Shown: in pieces, positions 62,344 to 64,000 of the stretch | Layout of the letters: every line of letters starts with the position of its first letter | Position numbering within the stretch: position 1 is the stretch's first letter | Virus record (IMG/VR): IMGVR_UViG_3300044712_002165 | Coordinates: 1 to 64,000 of that record | Length of the DNA: 64,000 nt | Direction: 5' to 3' (one strand) | Origin: a virus | The notes under the pieces: generated by a model | What the model was told of the DNA's origin: nothing | The model's input: the letters and a program-made list of their open reading frames with translations, nothing else | The model's database searches: none | Position numbers and translations under genes: made by a program

Positions 62344-64000
62344 GCGCTACGAGCAGCTGGCTCGAACGACGAGGCCCAATTTGCCGGTGCTGAAGTCCGT
62401 CGGACTGAGCGTTGGCATTCGAGGACCCACAGAGCCTTGCACCGGGTACGGCCAGCACGTTCAGTACACCGCGGATGCGCTTACCAGTGCAGGATACACG
62501 GTCCACGTTGAAAACACGCGCTCGCAGGCTGGTTCCGAGTTGAAGCTGGGGGCGCACCATCTTCTCATCGAGACCCCTGACTTCACGCAGCCATCAGACT
62601 GGTGGTTTACGATGCACGAGACGACGCGTCTTCCATGGGACGCGTTTCAGCGGCTGAACGCTGCGAAGCACGTCATCGTTCCGAGTACCTGGAATGCCTC
62701 CTGTTTCAACGCGCAGGGCCTCTCGGGTGAAATTCACGTCTGTCCGCTCGGAGTCAACCTTGCGCTGTACCGGCCGAAACCGCGACCGCCAGGTAATCCG
62801 TTTACATTTGGCGTGTTCGGTACTCCATCGCTCAGCAACGCCGTCCGAAAGAATTTCGGATTGGCCGTTCAGGCGTTTCGGATGGCGTTTGGCGGGCGCG
62901 CAGGTGTCCGCTTGCAGATCAAGCAGCTGCCGACCTGCTCGACTCTCGGATTGGCTGGAGCCGGAGTCGAAGTGATCAGCGCCATCTACACCGAGCAGCA
63001 AATAGCAACGTGGTTGCAGACCATTGACGTGCTGGTCATGCCATCCAGGTGCGAGGCGTTTGGCTTCACTTCCCTTCAGGCCATGGCCTGCGGTATCCCG
63101 GTCATTGCCGCGCCTTACGGAGGGCCGGCAGACTACCTGGGCGAGCACAATGGCTACTTGGTCGATTTTGACATCGTTCCTGTTCGTGGCGCGTACGCTG
63201 AAACAGGCATGTGGGCAGAGCTGAAGGTCGAGAGCATGGCGCAGGCTATGCTCCATTCCTACGGAGATCACAAGCGCTCGGCAAAGGGCAGCGCGGCGCT
63301 GAGCACGGCACGCAAGTACGGTTGGGACGCATACGCGACGCGGCTGTCCGACATCCTCAACTCAACTGGCTTTTTCAGCCGCAAGCAAACTGTTTACAAA
63401 CCGAGCGTCGTCATCAAGCCTGGACGCGTTGGCGTGGATGACGTGGTGCGCTTCTACGCGGACCACCCTGGATCGAGCAAACCAAAGCTCGGTAGAACGT
63501 TTGATCCTGAAACGCACACGTTGACGAACACCCCAACAGGCATGGGGGACTCGATCATGATGACGGATTTGCCGCGGGCAGCAGCACTGTCTCGTCGGCA
63601 AGGCAGCAGCTACCTGTCGTCGCCGCATTTTCGGGACCTGATCCAGTTCAACCCGTATTACCGAGATCGCCACTGCCCCGTGTGGGTGAGCCTGTCGCAG
63701 GTTCAGATGGAGTACGACCTTGGGCCTGGGCACAACTTCCAGAAGGTGCGCCGACTGTTCAATCTGCCGGTCGATCCACGTCCTTCGGGTTGCGTCATCG
63801 TGCCTGGCGGAACGGTGAAGCGCAACAGGGTGAGCCTGCATTTTGAACCTGGCGTGCACGCGATCTCGCAGAGAGCACACATTCACCCCAGAGCCCGAGA
63901 GGTCTACCCCGAAAATCTGGACATCGTGCGTGCGTTCATCAAGCGTCATCCTGAGCTTGAATTTTTCGAGGTAGGCGGCTGTGTGCTCCAAAACGACGTG
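62321..64000 (+). CDS. GT4 glycosyltransferase with second GT9-like domain, runs off window end
   Basis: Translated by hand: FTMHETTRLP, IVPSTWN, PSRCEAFG..LQAMACG, later GMGDSIM. Confidence 0.82.
   Translation, partial: MLTRLPIERYEQLARTTRPNLPVLKSVGLSVGIRGPTEPCTGYGQHVQYTADALTSAGYTVHVENTRSQAGSELKLGAHHLLIETPDFTQPSDWWFTMHETTRLPWDAFQRLNAAKHVIVPSTWNASCFNAQGLSGEIHVCPLGVNLALYRPKPRPPGNPFTFGVFGTPSLSNAVRKNFGLAVQAFRMAFGGRAGVRLQIKQLPTCSTLGLAGAGVEVISAIYTEQQIATWLQTIDVLVMPSRCEAFGFTSLQAMACGIPVIAAPYGGPADYLGEHNGYLVDFDIVPVRGAYAETGMWAELKVESMAQAMLHSYGDHKRSAKGSAALSTARKYGWDAYATRLSDILNSTGFFSRKQTVYKPSVVIKPGRVGVDDVVRFYADHPGSSKPKLGRTFDPETHTLTNTPTGMGDSIMMTDLPRAAALSRRQGSSYLSSPHFRDLIQFNPYYRDRHCPVWVSLSQVQMEYDLGPGHNFQKVRRLFNLPVDPRPSGCVIVPGGTVKRNRVSLHFEPGVHAISQRAHIHPRAREVYPENLDIVRAFIKRHPELEFFEVGGCVLQNDV

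Overview
This window is a GC-rich segment of a large T4-like (jumbo) myophage genome, read with the standard genetic code. (1) 1-11.7 kb is an RNA island: 22 tRNA genes, a tmRNA, two Y RNAs in front of a Ro60 gene and several unannotated structured RNAs, interleaved with HNH nucleases and small ORFs. (2) 12-33 kb holds a cell-wall hydrolase, neck protein, glycosyltransferases, UvsY/SSB/RecA-like genes, two sigma-like factors and HU. (3) 32.6-37.4 kb is the head module (protease-scaffold fusion, gp23-like major capsid protein). (4) 37.5-39.4 kb is a minus-strand operon: a Cas7/RAMP-like gene, an accessory gene and a 13-unit array of phased GGA-NN pentamers. This is the best candidate for a non-CRISPR RNA-guided system. 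(5) 40-64 kb holds tailspike, SbcC, neck/tail/baseplate genes, a 5'-3' nuclease and more glycosyltransferases. Other notable observations: a Y RNA whose cargo domain mimics 23S rRNA, two twin-arginine-leader mini-proteins that copy capsid-protein segments, five tRNA-Leu genes with an extra helix, compensatory rewiring of tRNA elbows, two phage promoter motifs giving leaderless transcripts, and an LLE peptide tag shared by probable capsid-packaged enzymes. All calls come from reading motifs by eye; no database searches were run.
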